Positions 23,748-46,200 of a stretch of DNA of 64,000 nucleotides are shown here, piece by piece. The DNA is from Chrysomallon squamiferum (lineage: Eukaryota; Animalia; Mollusca): positions 25,048,001-25,112,000 of the forward strand of contig CM022665.1 of assembly GCA_012295275.1 (NCBI GenBank), in the 5' to 3' direction. Made by a program: the position numbers and the translations under genes. The notes under the pieces were generated by a model that had not been told where the DNA came from, did no database searches, and worked only from the letters and a program-made list of their open reading frames with translations. Every line of letters starts with the position of its first letter. The stretch's first letter is position 1.

Positions 23748-25170
23748 CTGAAAATTCATCATCTTTTGTGGTTGTTGTTGTTGTTGTTGTTGTTGTTCTT
23801 TTTTAGCGTAAGGACAATTATTTTTATGTCTCATCTGTGAATCATCAAAGCTTTAAAATTCTCGGTATAGTGTTTTTCACATTCTCGTCATAATATACTT
23901 CATGCTGGATTTTTAAATTAGTTTTCTTTACCTTGAATCTATTGGCAGCTACTACATTCTGAAACAAATATTCCATTTTTCAAAAATCTGTTTAAGATCT
24001 GCATAATTATTTGCTTAGAGTAACAGTTGTTTATTCGTCTGTTAAAGATTCCATGAATTGTACTTTTATTGTTAATATCATTGTTCTGGCTTGTTTAAAT
24101 TTTGGTGTTCCTATTAAGAATTATATGACGAGTTCTCATTCAACAACTGCTATGCACTGGAACTGAAATGATCCTATCTTTTCAATATGTCTCAAGCACA
24201 ATGTTAAAATAAACATTTTCGTAGACATTAGGATATTCAAAATTCCTTATACTGTACTCGAAATCCATATATAAACCAATAACAAAATGTTCTCATTCTG
24301 GAATAACAAACTTGAAGTTGTTTTGAAAAATCACACATAGTTCTGTTTCTTCGACTTCAAATACCAGAAACTCGTTCTTAAGAATTTCAGAATACGTCCG
24401 CTCACAAACGTTTGCAGAATAATACACTTTTTAAATACGTCTAAATAATGTCCGTTGTTCATAGCTAAAGAATTCTAGTTTTTTTAACTAAACAAATATT
24501 CAGTCTGAACATCTGTCAATGCAAACATATTATATCTGATCGATTTTATTTTTCTCTTTACTATTTTTTTTATCTCCTTTTAAAACAAATGAACAGCAAT
24601 TCCTCTACTAATTGTATCCAATATTTATCTGACACAATTAGCAAACGGTTATTTTTCAGAAGCAGAAACTTTTTTAGAAAGCATCACACTGAAAATCCAA
24701 ATACAAAAATAACTAAGTTTGAACGTGTTTGTATTGCTTCTTTTCTACGTATTTTTGTTTTGATTTTTCTCAAAGTATTTCAGCGAAACGTTAAATCCAA
24801 TTTTCTATGACACTTCATATCTTATCAGCTTGTTATTAAGGTGTTCACCCGACACACAAAGAGTCCAAGCACTGTGAAGTGTCACAAATCAAATAACTCT
24901 TTTCATGTAAAATTCATGATTTTCAGTTTGAAGTTCTGTCAGCTGATGTTTATCTTTCTGTTCCCATGTATTTGATTAGTTGCTACATTTAGATGTAAGA
25001 ATGTGATAAATACATGTACACGAAGGTTATCCATTATTACTGTTGTTGTCACTGTTGTTGTTATCATTATTATTGTTGTTGTGGCTGTTGTTGTTGTCGT
25101 TATTGTTGTTGTAATTTGTTTTCATTATCATCATCACTGTTACTACTTATTATTTTTATTATTATTATTA

Positions 25171-25212
<42 letters not shown>

Positions 25213-26450
25213 TGTCGTTGTTGTTACTGCTACTTTTTTATTAATTTGTTCATTTGTTCATTTTTAATTTTAATTTTTAATTTTTTATTTATTTATTTAT
25301 TTTTATTGTATTAGTAGTTTCCGTTTATTCTTTTTGTCTCATTCTCGTTTTCTTATAAGAAACAGCACATATTACACTAACATTATTTTCATGTTTTGCT
25401 GACCATCTCTGTGTCTTTCTTTCTTAAACCAGGATTCCTGTCTGTTTTAATATTACATGTTCGGAGGAAAGATACTATTATTTACTCAAACAAATATCGA
25501 TCAGAATAAAGAAGCAAACATATGAAACAGTTATGCTGTATTTGTTATATCGGTTGTTTTCTAAGAAATCTCATCAAATATACAATATCGACACTTTAAG
25601 TAATGTTCCTTAAACATATCAAATATTTATTCTGTTACATGTTTGCTTTTCCATTAAGATAATAATCACAGGTCTTAATAATCCTGAACTGTAAATCGAT
25701 GTTGTTGAAAAAAACAGAAATGCTATTTAAAGAGAGAGAGCCTGTGAATTAAGGATTTCAGGGGAAGGGGTAGTTTGGTGTGCATCTCGAAATAGATGCA
25801 TCTTGTGATGCTTAAGAAACTGATTTTCAAAAGTAATAATAATAATAATAATAATAACAGAATGTCGTAGTTAAAATAGACAAAACAGTTTAATATAACA
25901 CTGGGCCATAGTACTTGCTGAAGCATATCTTCTCTATCAAATTTATTCAGCAACTAATTGTCAATATAATAATCGTATCTCTTCATCCACGATTCCAAGA
26001 ACTACATTTAAGCATGTAGCTAATAATAATAATAACAACAACATTTGAAATAAATTAAATATACCACAACAATAACAACAACAACAACAACAACAACAAT
26101 ATATTTAATAATAATAATAAGAATAATAATAAGAATAATAATAACAACAACAACAATAACATAGCAAAATTTCTTACTAACTGCTCCCTGGTTTTGAGGT
26201 TAACATTAATATTAAAGAAACTGAATTTGTGCTCAGTAACAGTTTTGCTTTTCTTTTAAAACAAAGACAAGCTTTAACGAAAACTGCTTATTTACTTTTA
26301 ATGTGTGTCAAATACAAATCTCTTGAAGTATCAGCTTATAGTCAAATAGATCAAAAGTTTCAAGAAATATATAACAAAGCAATGGAAATGTATTCTCTTT
26401 TTTCTCACTTTTTTTTTATTTTTTCGGCTTTCTTCTCATACATATGTCAT

Positions 26451-33057
<6,607 letters not shown>

Positions 33058-34585
33058 CCTTTGTAATATTATTCTTTATGTGACGTTTTTCTTGGAGTTT
33101 AGTCACGAAAACAAAATCTTCCGTTCAATGAGTATTCTATAATTCATGCAACATTTCAAGTAGTAGTTACTTTATAAAGCATGTGTTCAATGTCAACAGA
33201 AAATGGTATAAATTTCAGAATCCCACGAACATACTGTAATCATAGATTCGTGTCTAAAAATCAAATAATGAAATAGCAACCAAGATGTTACAGATACCTG
33301 GTTGTTCAAACAAGCGTTGCAGACATCCGCAGTGGGAACATCCAAACAGACTTTCAGTTGAAGCAGTCATTAAAATTGTAAATGATTTCTGGGTGGAAAA
33401 AAATATATAATGGTTTGTTTCAGCTGTGTACAAAAATTTTAAATTATCCTGTAATGAAATGCACGCACTTTGGCAAATATCTGGATTTTTTTTTTTTTTT
33501 TTTTTTTTTTGATGCTGATGTGAAACGTTTAAATACAGTTTGCCTAGTTCTAATTACTGAATACTGCGATCTCGTAAACATCTATAGAAATGTTTTCAAT
33601 GATCTGATAAATTCATTGAATGCAGTTCTTTGAAAATGTCGAAGGAATGTTATTCATTTTCACGCAATATTGGTAAAAAAAAACCTTCTCTTTTTTATTT
33701 TATATTTATTTTTATTTTTATTTCTATTTCTATTTCTATTTATTTATTTACTGTTGTTGTTGTTATTTAAACAATTTTCTTTCGTTTTTGACAATAACAC
33801 GAAAAAAGAAATTAATTATTATATTTGGCGTGACCGGAGGACAATGTTAACTGGTGAGAAAAAAATACAGCATCAAGCATGCAATATTTTAATCAAATTG
33901 TTAAATCGAGTTGAAATCACTGATAATATGTCCTTTGATCTATGAACAAAACTAATGAAAAATACATGTTTTTGATAAACCCAGTGTTATTTCAGAATCA
34001 ATATATCTTTGCAATTCATGAAAAAATTGGTTTAAAAGTGGAAAATCGGTTAAGTCAAGAAAGTAAGGTTTTTTTGTTAATGTTATTGTTTATTTTGTTT
34101 TTGTTTTATATGGGCTTTTTGGTTGGGTTTTGAGAGGGGTTGTTTTGTTTTGTTTTTCTGGGTGTTTTTTTATTAATTCAATTTATTTTTCCTTGTTTGT
34201 TTGTTTTGTTTTGAATGTTTGTGGTTGGTTTTTCGTTGGGTTCTTTTGGTTAGTTTTTCTGGGTGTTTTTTTTTTGGGGGGGTTGAGTTTTTTGCTGTTG
34301 TTGGGACACATTCTAGTTACCAAATGATTGTAACAGAGGAGTCAATTCAGCGACTGATACAAATGAGCCTGAAATAAATGCTTAAACCGTTAATTCCACT
34401 AGTTTATTTTGTCCACTATGTCCTTAACGTATTTCTAAAGTATTTAAGGGTTGTTATTTTTGTTTTTCTTTTTTTTTTTCGTTTCTTTTTAACCACTGAC
34501 GCAAGAACCATAATGAGAAGAAAGTAATAAAACCTAAAGCAGTAATAAAAAAAATGTATCAATTAAAATGTCTCTTTTTTTTTTT

Positions 34586-34621
<36 letters not shown>

Positions 34622-34824
34622 TATTTATTTATTTATTTCAATTTTTAATAAAATTCAAAAATTCATATGCTGTTGCATATTTTCTGGCTTACTAATCCAA
34701 GTGCTAACACAATCAAATAATTCTGTTGCAATATCTTGTAAAAAACAGAACTTGTTCTGGACATTTCCCTCTAACACTAATTTAAAAAAAAAAAAAAAAA
34801 AACCTATCCCGAAATACAATCTAT

Positions 34825-34869
<45 letters not shown>

Positions 34870-35999
34870 AAGAAAAAGAAATGAAAAGAAAGAAAGAAAT
34901 CTGATAAAAAAAATTAAAAAAAAGTTAAAAAGAAAAGAAAAGAAAATGGTTTGTAATGGATGTTATTAGGACCTCGGGTAAACAGCAAATAACGGTATTG
35001 ACAGAGAAATCTGATAGACTATTGATTAAATAACACTGTATTTGCTATTATAATGAGGTTAAATGCTTAGAGTACTAAACGGGTACTGATCTGGTCTAGG
35101 TGAAAGAAATTAGTGTTTTCTAGACAAATGAGTATACATCCTACACACACTGAGTCGAAAAGGATAAATGCAGAGATGCTATTCTGTAGGTACGGATGAT
35201 ATATCTCTGTCTGTCTATCTGAGTGTCTTTCTGTCTGTCTGTTTGTATGTATGTATTCTTTATTTCTTTTCTGTAGTCTTCTAGAAATCTTAATTTGTAA
35301 ATTAAAAATATAAAAAAATTCTCGTCTTCACATGTACATGTATGTCTCATACGTGCTTTTTGTTGTTGCCGTTTTGTCATCGTCGCCGTTGTCGTTGCTG
35401 TTGAGTCAGTTTTAACTTTTAAAGACGTTACTGAACGTGTTTTCTCAAAGTGTAGATTATGTCAAAGACTGTTTAGTTTTCTTGTCTTCCATAAAACAAA
35501 AGTCCAGCACATCCGCTTCTGATGTGTGAATATTATATCTAAAAAAAACACTATACGTGGACAGAGGATACTTACTAATCCAACCAAGTTTACAGGGGTT
35601 TTATACAAAGTTTAGTGACATGAGATGTTAGGTAAGCTATTCAGGTTTTCGTTTTCTACAAATTCAAAATGGGGCATTTGGACTGTAGCATAAATTATGA
35701 GAAATGGACATTTTGTTCCAGATATCAAGCTGAAAATGTTCTTCTTATATTTCAAAAATCAAAGAATTATCAACTTTGACATTAGTCTCTAAACACTATC
35801 CGAATTGCGGGAACTGTTATTTCGTTCATGCCTATATAGTTATTTCTACAGACTACTGCAACAGGTAATTCATTTATGATCATCTAAGATTTAGAAATAA
35901 TAATAATAATTAAAATAATCTTGAACTATCTATGACCGAAACTGACGATAATTCTTGAACGTAAATGGGTGTACGTGAAACATTATTCGCAGACTATTG

Positions 36000-36032
<33 letters not shown>

Positions 36033-37003
36033 TTTTCTTCTACTATCTGGACATATAGTTTAAACTAAAATGTGATCAATGCTTTCAATGTACTGTATAT
36101 TATAAATTTTGTTAAAACAGATTTTAATCACGGGCTTTTAACGCTTAAAAACACTTTTCTTTCTTTCTTTTTTTAATATATATCATTTTTTTTTTTTTTT
36201 TTTTTTATCTTTTATTATGTATTATTTATAATAGCATAGTTCAAAATATGTACAATCAACTTTAGAATTCAAACATTTTAATTCCAGTGATTACGCGAAA
36301 TCATAGGAGTATGAGAGGGAATTTGCTAATCTGCCTTTCGGAGAATCTGATAACAGAAAGCAGCAGAGATAGGTCATACAAAACTGCAAACTCTATTACT
36401 TTACAATGAATCTGTTATCTAATACTCAGAAATATCGATGATGATGATGATGATGATGGTGATGATGGTGACGACGACAGAAAATTGGATAAAACAAGAA
36501 ACAAAATATAAAATACAGAGATTTAAGAAACTGTGCAAAAACCTGCACTAAGTAAAAACAAATATCCTTATTAATCTAGGTTTTGGTATTTAAATGTAAA
36601 TATGAGATTCGTTACTAATGCAAAACAAATAGAATAAAATATACAAAGTTACGTAAGATAGTGTAATACTTATTTTCTTATTCATCCAAATATTTGTTAA
36701 CCCAGTTTAAACACATACTCATCACCTGTATGCCTCTCGTTAACATTGCCGTCTGCTCATTCCAGCAAAAACAAAGAATTGATTGGCTCGTTATAAAGCA
36801 TTGATTTGTCCGTTATACAAATATCATATTAGTGTTGTGTTGTATCTGACATACTGTTAATGATCTTCTTAAACAAATAGGAAATTTAACAATCAATGTC
36901 TCGTATTTTATCTCCTTGTAGTTGTTTGATGACGTACTCCAGTGTTTGTTTGGTTAATTATTACTCTTCTTCTTCTTCTTCTTCTTCTTCTTATTATTAT
37001 TAC

Positions 37004-37043
<40 letters not shown>

Positions 37044-37244
37044 TATTTATTTTTATTTTTATTTTATTTTATTTTTTTAAACTGCCTTCAAAATATATGA
37101 AACATATTTTAATTCGATATAAAGGACTCCAACAGTATATAAGTAATGATAAATAAGGAAGAATATTTCTCACATATACAAAAGGTTCCCACAAGGACGT
37201 TAAGGATAAGAGAAACAGACCGTTAATAATCATTTAATAAGAAA

Positions 37245-37284
<40 letters not shown>

Positions 37285-37641
37285 ATAAAACTTATGAATA
37301 CGTTTTGTTTCTTCCTATTTACTTCTATGTAAAAGATAATATCTTTAAGTACGGACTGTTCAAGTAGTTCAGAAAATGGTGCGTCATCTTTCTGGTGAAA
37401 TATTTTTCGTTATTAGAAAAAGTTAAAACGAAAAAAAAAAAAAAAAAAAAAAACATTTAAGAGAAAAACGAAGCAATTTTTGTAGTGTATCATGTCAGGA
37501 AATCGCGAAAACAGGGCGTGGTCGTGTTATTTGTTACAGACTCAGTAGGTGATTTATGTTTTGTTAACAGAGTGTTTTCTATACTGAGACTGTTAATAGA
37601 TACAGATCGTCTTCAAATAGATATTTATCCCATTTACATTT

Positions 37642-37791
<150 letters not shown>

Positions 37792-40265
37792 ATTTCTTTT
37801 ATTTCAATTTGTACCAGGGGGCAAATGCACAACACGCAAGTGCGTCCAGTAAATTTTCTAAAAAGAAAATCGATAAAATAACAGTGATATACGCTTTTTG
37901 GCGCAAAGTAAACATGGGTTGTGCGTCAGTGTTTGTTACTGAGGTCGGTAAAGAATGTTCCTTGTCCAAGCACAAATGTCTAGAACTGGTACAGTATTTG
38001 ACATGTATCAGTATACGAGTACTCAGCCACTTTGCATGTCCAAGTCATTAACTCAGATCCTTGAATGCTTTCGACAAAGCGGTATTTATAGATATTAGGT
38101 TTGTTCGAAAACAAACGTAAGTAACAAGTAAACAGAACAGTTGTAGATAATTACTTACAAAAGTTTACATTACTGTGTAACAACAGTCAGATCGATGCGG
38201 AATAGATGTCACATACGCACTTAACATGCAATTCTGCTGACATTTCCTTGCACGTTTTTCATTAACACAAATATGAAATTTTTACTTAATACAAATATCG
38301 ACATTCTAATGAGGATCGATATTTAGCAAACTATGTTAACTATATAACAAAACTAGACGATGGTCTAAAAATCTAGAAGAGGCTATGAATTGTGAACAAA
38401 TGGTCAGAATGTGAAATAATTCCTACTTTAGCTGAACAAAACGTAGTGGATGGTTTGACTAGAACTAAGATTAGACCAATGATTTTATGCTGTATTATTT
38501 GGAAGTTACAGAAGAATCTAACAAGAAGTATTTTGCAAGTTTGTTTTACTTTTATTACATAATGATTTGATAATAATAAGAATAATAATAATTATTATTA
38601 TTGTTATTATTATAGTTTTTATTATTATTATTATTATTTTACAAAATCTTGTTGATTTGCACGATTTTATTTCTTTTTTGTGTGTTTGCTTTATTTTCGT
38701 CTCTTTTTCTTTTTCTTTTTTTATCGAGGGAGGTTTGTTGTTTTTCTACTTTTATTATTCAATATTTTTCTAATTTCCTTTTGAATAATCAGGTATTTTG
38801 TTTTAATTTTTATTATTATTATTTTAATTTTTATCACGTTCTGGATAAATGGTCATTATCACTTTCAGATCATAAAACTGATATCCTACGTCATTAACTG
38901 TATAACCACTTTACATTTGTGTGCAGTTTTCTGTTTCTGTTACCACTAATAATGCTAATGCAACTAATATTGCTATTGTTACTACTAATAATAATAATGG
39001 TGATCATTATAATAATACTACTAATAATAATATCACATCTTTATATTGCTATGGTTATTTTCTAAAGAATCGCTTCGTTTCTAACATTCTTTCTAATATA
39101 AAATTAAAAGCTTCAAAAGAAATTTAAAAAATTAAAAATCATTAAACTGAATCAAAATAAGATTTCATACATTTCACATTTCAGATGTCAGAAACCGATA
39201 TAAAGAGCTCTTGTAAGTTGATAATTATTATTTTATAATTGTAATTTAAACTTTGCTCTCTGGATTCCAATCTGTTTGTCAACGTCATGGAACTGTATTG
39301 GTTTGGTGTTTGTCAAGACATGTCATTTTACTTACAACGTTTCACCTAAACACGCCATCAACATGGATACCAATCAGACAGTGTTTATTCTGTAGCAACC
39401 ATTATCAGATCCGAGAGAAGACTTAACAATGAGTTTACTGTGAGAACGTTCGCTTGTAAGTATTCTGTTTTATTATCATTTTTGTTAAATCACTTATTAA
39501 CGTTACCGACCAGGAGTCTAAATCATCAGTTTATTTCCCACATAAAGGTCACTGTTTTGTAAATTAAATTTAAAAGCTTCTGTTTTAAAAGAATTATATG
39601 CATTTATTTTTCAGTAGAACGAAGACTGGGAAAAAATTCAGCCAAAAAAAATAAAAGAAAGAAAAAAAATATCCTTTTCAAAAATGCGTTTCAGAATGTT
39701 ATTGTATGCTATTATTATTTACGCTGGGATTTATCGACCCGTTTATACAAAAGGTAAGTTGTTACTCGTTTTATAATAAAAAATGTAAAGCTTTCTTTGT
39801 TTTCTTTTCTTTTAAATCCATTTAAGATGCAAGCTTGTTCTATAAGATTCTTGTCTTTCTCGCTTCCGTAACAAATAATGTTATTTTTAAAACGTTTTAT
39901 TCTATGTAGAGTTTTGCTTAAATACATTTGAAATTTTTCGTGAAGGATTTGACAGAACTAGTACATTAAATGATTAATAAGAACATAATTTCTTTCTTTT
40001 TGTTGTTTTATGTTTATTCTCTCTTCTGCATAATATATCGAATGTATGAAATAGCAATACATGAAAAATAAATTATATGTCCATTATTTAAGGAAAAAAA
40101 ATACATACATACATTTTTTTTTATGAATATTGAATTTAAATGCAAATTATTTCTTCTTTTTTCTTTCTTTTTTTTTTTAACGAACCCCTTCTTGATGAAG
40201 ATAAATATTCAGACACAAAAACTGTCAGATTGAAATGCAATTTTCACACCTGAATTCTTTTCCAG

Positions 40266-43200
40266 ACACTAAGGCATTAATAGTTGCAGGTGATCATCGC
40301 AAACCAAACTGGATTAAAAAGATCAGAACCCACACGAAGAATTCTGCACTCTGTGAAGGTTTCGTTGTAGTTAAACTGCTGAGAAAACTACGATGGCGAC
40401 TAGTAATAGTTATTTATGACAACTCAAACGGTACGTTACCGTGAAATAAAGTGAACAGTACTTCAGTGTGTACAGCCATGATAGAAATCTCATCTTTTTC
40501 GCTTCCATAATAAATAATGTTTTTTGTTTGTTTCGTTTGGAGTTTTTTGAGGGGGTTTAATGTCTTTTTTTATTTTTTTTTTTTTTTTTTTCTTTTTTTT
40601 TCTTTCTTTTTTTTTTTTTTTTTTGTTTTGTTTTGGGGTTTTTCTTGATCACTGATTTATCAAAGGTCGAGATATATACTTCACTGTGAAGACACAAATA
40701 AAAAATTCACTGCTGTAACTGGGCAGAAGTAAAACCTTTGCATTGTGAACAACAAGAACAGTGACCAAAATTAATTCAGTTAAGAAAAAGAACAATCTTC
40801 AGTCTTCTTTCTCACTCAGTTCAAGTTAATTTCCTTCTTTCTACTAAACAATATCATTTATTGCAATATATCTGCACTATATTTTACTTACTATAACATT
40901 TTCGCATCTTTTCATTCTTATTAACTTACAGTGTTATATTTATTTCATTTTAAGTGCAAATAACGCGTGTATATTTTTAAAAGACCATGTACGATACTTC
41001 ACATTATAATTATTTCCACGATCCTAAAATCCAACGTTTCTCATTTCTACCCAGTAGCTGATACATCTATCTATATATATATTGTTTGTACTGTCGTGTT
41101 GTTGGACATTCATTCAGTGCTTTTCTTTCAGAAGATTTGCTTCGCTCCATCACAAAACAAATGACAGATTCGTACTATGGAATGGTGTTAGAGTTTCACA
41201 ACATAGAACATCAGAACACTGCCTCGGTTTCATCACTTCTGGCAGACGTGCACCAACGTTTATTTCCTCGCCTTGATTTCCTTTTGATGACCAAAGAAAT
41301 CAGAGCTTGGGAAATCCTTGACTTTGTAAGCATCGATGTATTAACTAACAACTACGTGACCATATAAAAAAACGCTGTTTACTCAAAAATAAAAAAAATA
41401 TATTTTCAAAGTATAGACACGATTATTTTCACACGATTTTCTAGTTAAAATGCATTTCATTTAGGGCTGCGTATTACTGTAAAAGTTATAAATTAGAAGA
41501 TGAAACTAGTTTAATTCCAAAGACAAATATCGATCGACAAAAGTTAAGATACAGGAATTTACATTAGAATTAATTTAAAATTCCTTTTCAAAACAAAACA
41601 TTTAGAAATCCGCCTGCATAAAGACATTTTTTAATTATATTATTTGTTGACTGAGTTTTCTTTTACTGATTTCTCTGTTTGCTATAATTTTGAATTCTTT
41701 TTCATTATTATTTTTGTTTTCTTGATAGTTGTTTATTATTAATTAATTTGATTTTGTTTTTGTTTGTATTGATCTTTAAATATATATATACGATGACATC
41801 AACAATCACAATGCTAATGTTATTGCAAATATTTTTCTACTTCAGGTTAATATGGCTGATTCTCTGAGCAGCAGAACATCAGATTTTAATTACCATTCTA
41901 AGTGGCTCGTTTTGCTACCTTCAGGACAATTTAACTATTCTTTGAACAGATTAAACAATCTTCAAAATGTTGCATTCATTAAAACATCTTGCAGTGTTAA
42001 GGTACCTGTATTATTATTATTATCACCATCGTCATCATCATCATTATTATTATTATCAGCAGCAGCATCAGTATCGTTGTTATTTTCATTATTATCATCA
42101 TTAATCGGTCCAAAATTTAGCTAATGCACTGTTTCGTTTAAGGTAGCATCTAAAGATAGCAAAAAGCTGATAGTGATTAAAACTAAGCATATTTTCAGTA
42201 TATTCTTACATTATAAGTTTATCACACATGAAAAATAACGTTCGTGTTAATACATTACTGAACACATTTATCCCTCGATTCTCTTCAGTCTGAATCACAT
42301 TATTGTATTCAGCTGTTAATTCAGTCATTCGGTACATTGTATTTGTTCGTTTGTTTTGGGATAGTTTTTATTTGTGCTTGCTTGTTTGTTTATAGCCCAA
42401 AGCAAGACAAAATCAGGTAATGGAGCTTTCTCAGTATTCGACGAGTTATTTCTATTTTTCTGATGTTACTGGATGCTATTTCTACAAGAACAATAACAAA
42501 ACACCAACATCGTATTTTTAAATGTTTTTACTGTAGGAATACAGTCATACAAGGCAAATCGCTGGGACGTAGTTTAGAGTAAACGACTATGAAGTTTTTT
42601 ACAGATTGTATTTTGTTCAGTTAAGGCTACGGGTTCTTCTTAGAAATTATTCTAAACGTTTATATAACTTCATTACTGTATCATCTGATTCAAACAAATT
42701 ATTTTCTACCATCTTCAAAAACAGGGTACAGATACGACAGTGAAGACACTGGTACACGATGGCCAGTCAGTGACCTTACAGAATATTTTGAATATAAACC
42801 ATCTCAGCAACACTATTTTATTCCCTTCTCTAAAATATGGTTACAGTGGCAGAAAACTAACAGTCGCAACACTTTCTGTAAGTACCTAGAACAAAAGCTT
42901 TACTATACTTACTCATCATTTTGTTCATAAAAAAGTATGTTGAAAGTAGGAGATACGACAATCGTAAATCCTTAGTATCATGATTGAATATAAAATATAA
43001 ATCAGTTAATTATAATTTGCACAAATAAACTATATACTTTTTCACAAATGTATTTTATAAAAATATATGTAAAATGTTACATTTGGCATCATAAGCTGTC
43101 AGAGATTATATTAAAACATCCCAAAGTAACATCGACAAAATCAATCTGTAACATACGATAATTAAAATAAATGTAATTTATACAAACTATTAGAATAAAA

Positions 43201-46200
43201 TAAATTATAATAGGAGAACAATTCGTCAATTTAATAAAAAAAAAAAAAAAAAAAAAAATATTGCGTTTCTTTTTTTTAATTTTTTTTATTTGTTTTACCT
43301 TACAAACTTGATTTCTTCTTGCAGGTGTCAACATTTATCCAAACAAAGATTGTAAACAATGTTACAAAATACTCAGGTTTCTGTGTTTATATGTTGGATG
43401 CATTAGCACATTTCCTAAACTTCACGTAAGTACTGCCAAATTAATCTTCAAATTTGACTGTTTTATTATTAATTTTTAATAATTTCACGATCAGCCGCAT
43501 CTGACCAATCTGTATTTAGTGATACTTTAATGTACACTGGTTTGTTTTATTTAGTGATGATTATATTAACACTGTTCTTAAACGTTTTCAATCCTGTTTG
43601 TCGTGTTTTACCTTACTGCTGCCAATCTACTGCAAAGCCTGGCATGTTGAATGTGGCGTGATTTTGCAAAATTCTTTTTGTTCAGATACGGGAGTCTATA
43701 TTCTTAAACTCACAATATAATTCAAAATAGGAGAGTTCAAGATCAGAACCGCATTCACAATTACGACTCACTCCGGTCGCCGCTCGTATAATGGTTATTC
43801 TTTTTTCTTCAGAATTCACATTTCTGTTACTTAGAAATTATACACATTATATACCATTATCTCTACACAAGCAGCAGGCCAATTGATCTTTCCACCAAAT
43901 GACTGACTGGCCATGCGTACACTTAGCAGTGAGATGATAATAAATTGACTATTAATGGTTGATTCATGTAATGACATTTATTAATTACAGTTATGAATTT
44001 GTCGAACCAGCTTTCGGAACTTGGGGTGTTCTTGTTAATGGATCTTGGAACGGTTTGGTCGGCGTTATGGAAAGAAGGGTAGGTGTTTATATTAGCATTT
44101 AAATGAGCGGACAGAATTAACTCAATAAAATTCAGAAAATCAGCCAAAAATACTAATTCCTTAATCCTAAAGAGAAAATTTCATTCAGATAGTAACAGTA
44201 TTTGATCCATATTTAAAAGATGATGTACAAAAGTCCGACAGCAATAATATTGATATTTTTTGGGGGCGGGGTATGAGGGTGCAAATAATCTTGTTACTTT
44301 TTTTTTTTCATTTTTTTTTTTAGCACTGAATTAGATCATTCGTTTTAATAAAAGTCAATAAACCCGGAATTTCAACTTGGCACTGAATAAACAACAAATA
44401 AACGATACTGTAACACTGATAGTGACAAAATGTGAATGTCAGACATTTGAATCAGTGTATAAAATCCATTTAAGATCTGCATTATTTGACAACGTTTGGC
44501 AAACCGCAGCTGTGTAAAGTTATACAGACATAATACAATCACAGATTACATAAGAATATTTATTTCAGGAAGCTGATCTTGCTTTGGCCGATATAACCAT
44601 TAACATCAACAGGTCAAAAGTTATGGACTTCCTTTTGCCTCCATTTTACTTCGACTATATCGACATCATCTACAAGGAAGAAATATATGAATCAGCGACG
44701 TGGTTCACGTTGTTACGGCCATTCTCTTCAGTTGTATTTGCATGGATAGTGTCTTTCACTTGCGGCTTTTTCGTCGTTTACTCTGCAACAATTGTTCTAA
44801 TTCGCAAAAGATGTTCTCTAAATACTGAACCGAGATCACTTTCTGACGTATTTTGGTTCACGATATCATCTTTGTTTAAACAAGGTAATATATATTCGAC
44901 TGATATGACTCAGTTTTTATTATTTTATTTTATTCTGTTTTTGTTTTTTTTTTTTTTTTTTTTGGTGTTGTTTTTGGGGTGTTTGTATTTTTTTTTTTTT
45001 TTATAGCTTTTTTATTTTTTAGCTGTTTGTGTTTTGTTTTAGTGGGTTTATTTATTTATTTATTTATGTTTGTTTCTTGTTTATGGGGGGTTTGGGGGCT
45101 ATTGGGGTTTTTTTGTTTGCTGGTTTCTTTATTATTTGTTTTTGCTTTTTTTAATTTTTTTGTTTTTGTTTTTGTCATTTTCAGTTCAAATAAAAATAAT
45201 TTATAGAATCAGAAGCTAAGACAAAGTAGGTCTTTTGCGCCGCATCGCATTTGTGTCATAATTAATATACAGAGTAAAAATAGTTCGTAAAGGTTAGCTA
45301 AAGTTTAGATATACTTGGTTTTTCGTCCTTATAAACAATATTTTCGCCATGATAAACAGACTGCATGTCACATTTTCTGAAAAGTCATTTAAAAGGAATA
45401 GCATTTCATTGACTTAAAACGACACAGTCTCGCAAGTAAATGTTTTGCATCTTTATATGTGTGAGTGCGCGCGCGCGCACACGTGTTTTTGTGTGTGTGC
45501 GTGCGTGCGTGTAATACTATATAACGTATGCTTTTCAGGCTCCACTATACATCCGTCCACTCACGGTATTCGTGTACTCGTGTCAGCGTGGCTGCTGTTT
45601 GTCCTCATCGTCGTTGCAGAATACACTGCAAATCTGACAGCAGCGTTCACGGTGCGACCAGGGATCAAACCGTTCGAAAGCCTGCGACAACTTTTAGATA
45701 ACCCAAATTACAAACTTGGAACTTTTCCTGGAGGAATTACCACAATGATAATGAAAGTATGACCAAAATTTATTAATTAGTGATTTTATTTTATTTATTA
45801 CACTGTACTTAGAGACTTTGGGAGATGTAGATAAAATCTCATTCGATACACAATGCTTGAAAGAAAATAATAATGTGTTCTCCAAAACATTCGGTTAGCA
45901 CGGAAGCAAATTTGGGATAAAAAATTTAGCCGATTTTGGCACGCAAATTTAAAATTGTTGCCCATCTCTATACTAGATATATGTATATTCGTCTTCTTCG
46001 TCTTCTTCTTCTTCTTCTTCTTCTTATTATTATTATTAATCAAACAGAATTCAGAAAATCAACTGTATCGTGATGCTTGGTCTAAGATTGTCAGTGACTA
46101 CAGCAAAGACGCGGACGTTTTAAGCGAAAGCGAGTCGAAACAATTGGAGAAAGTAAAGGGAGGCAACTATGCATTTATTCGGAACGACGCCGCCCTTCGA

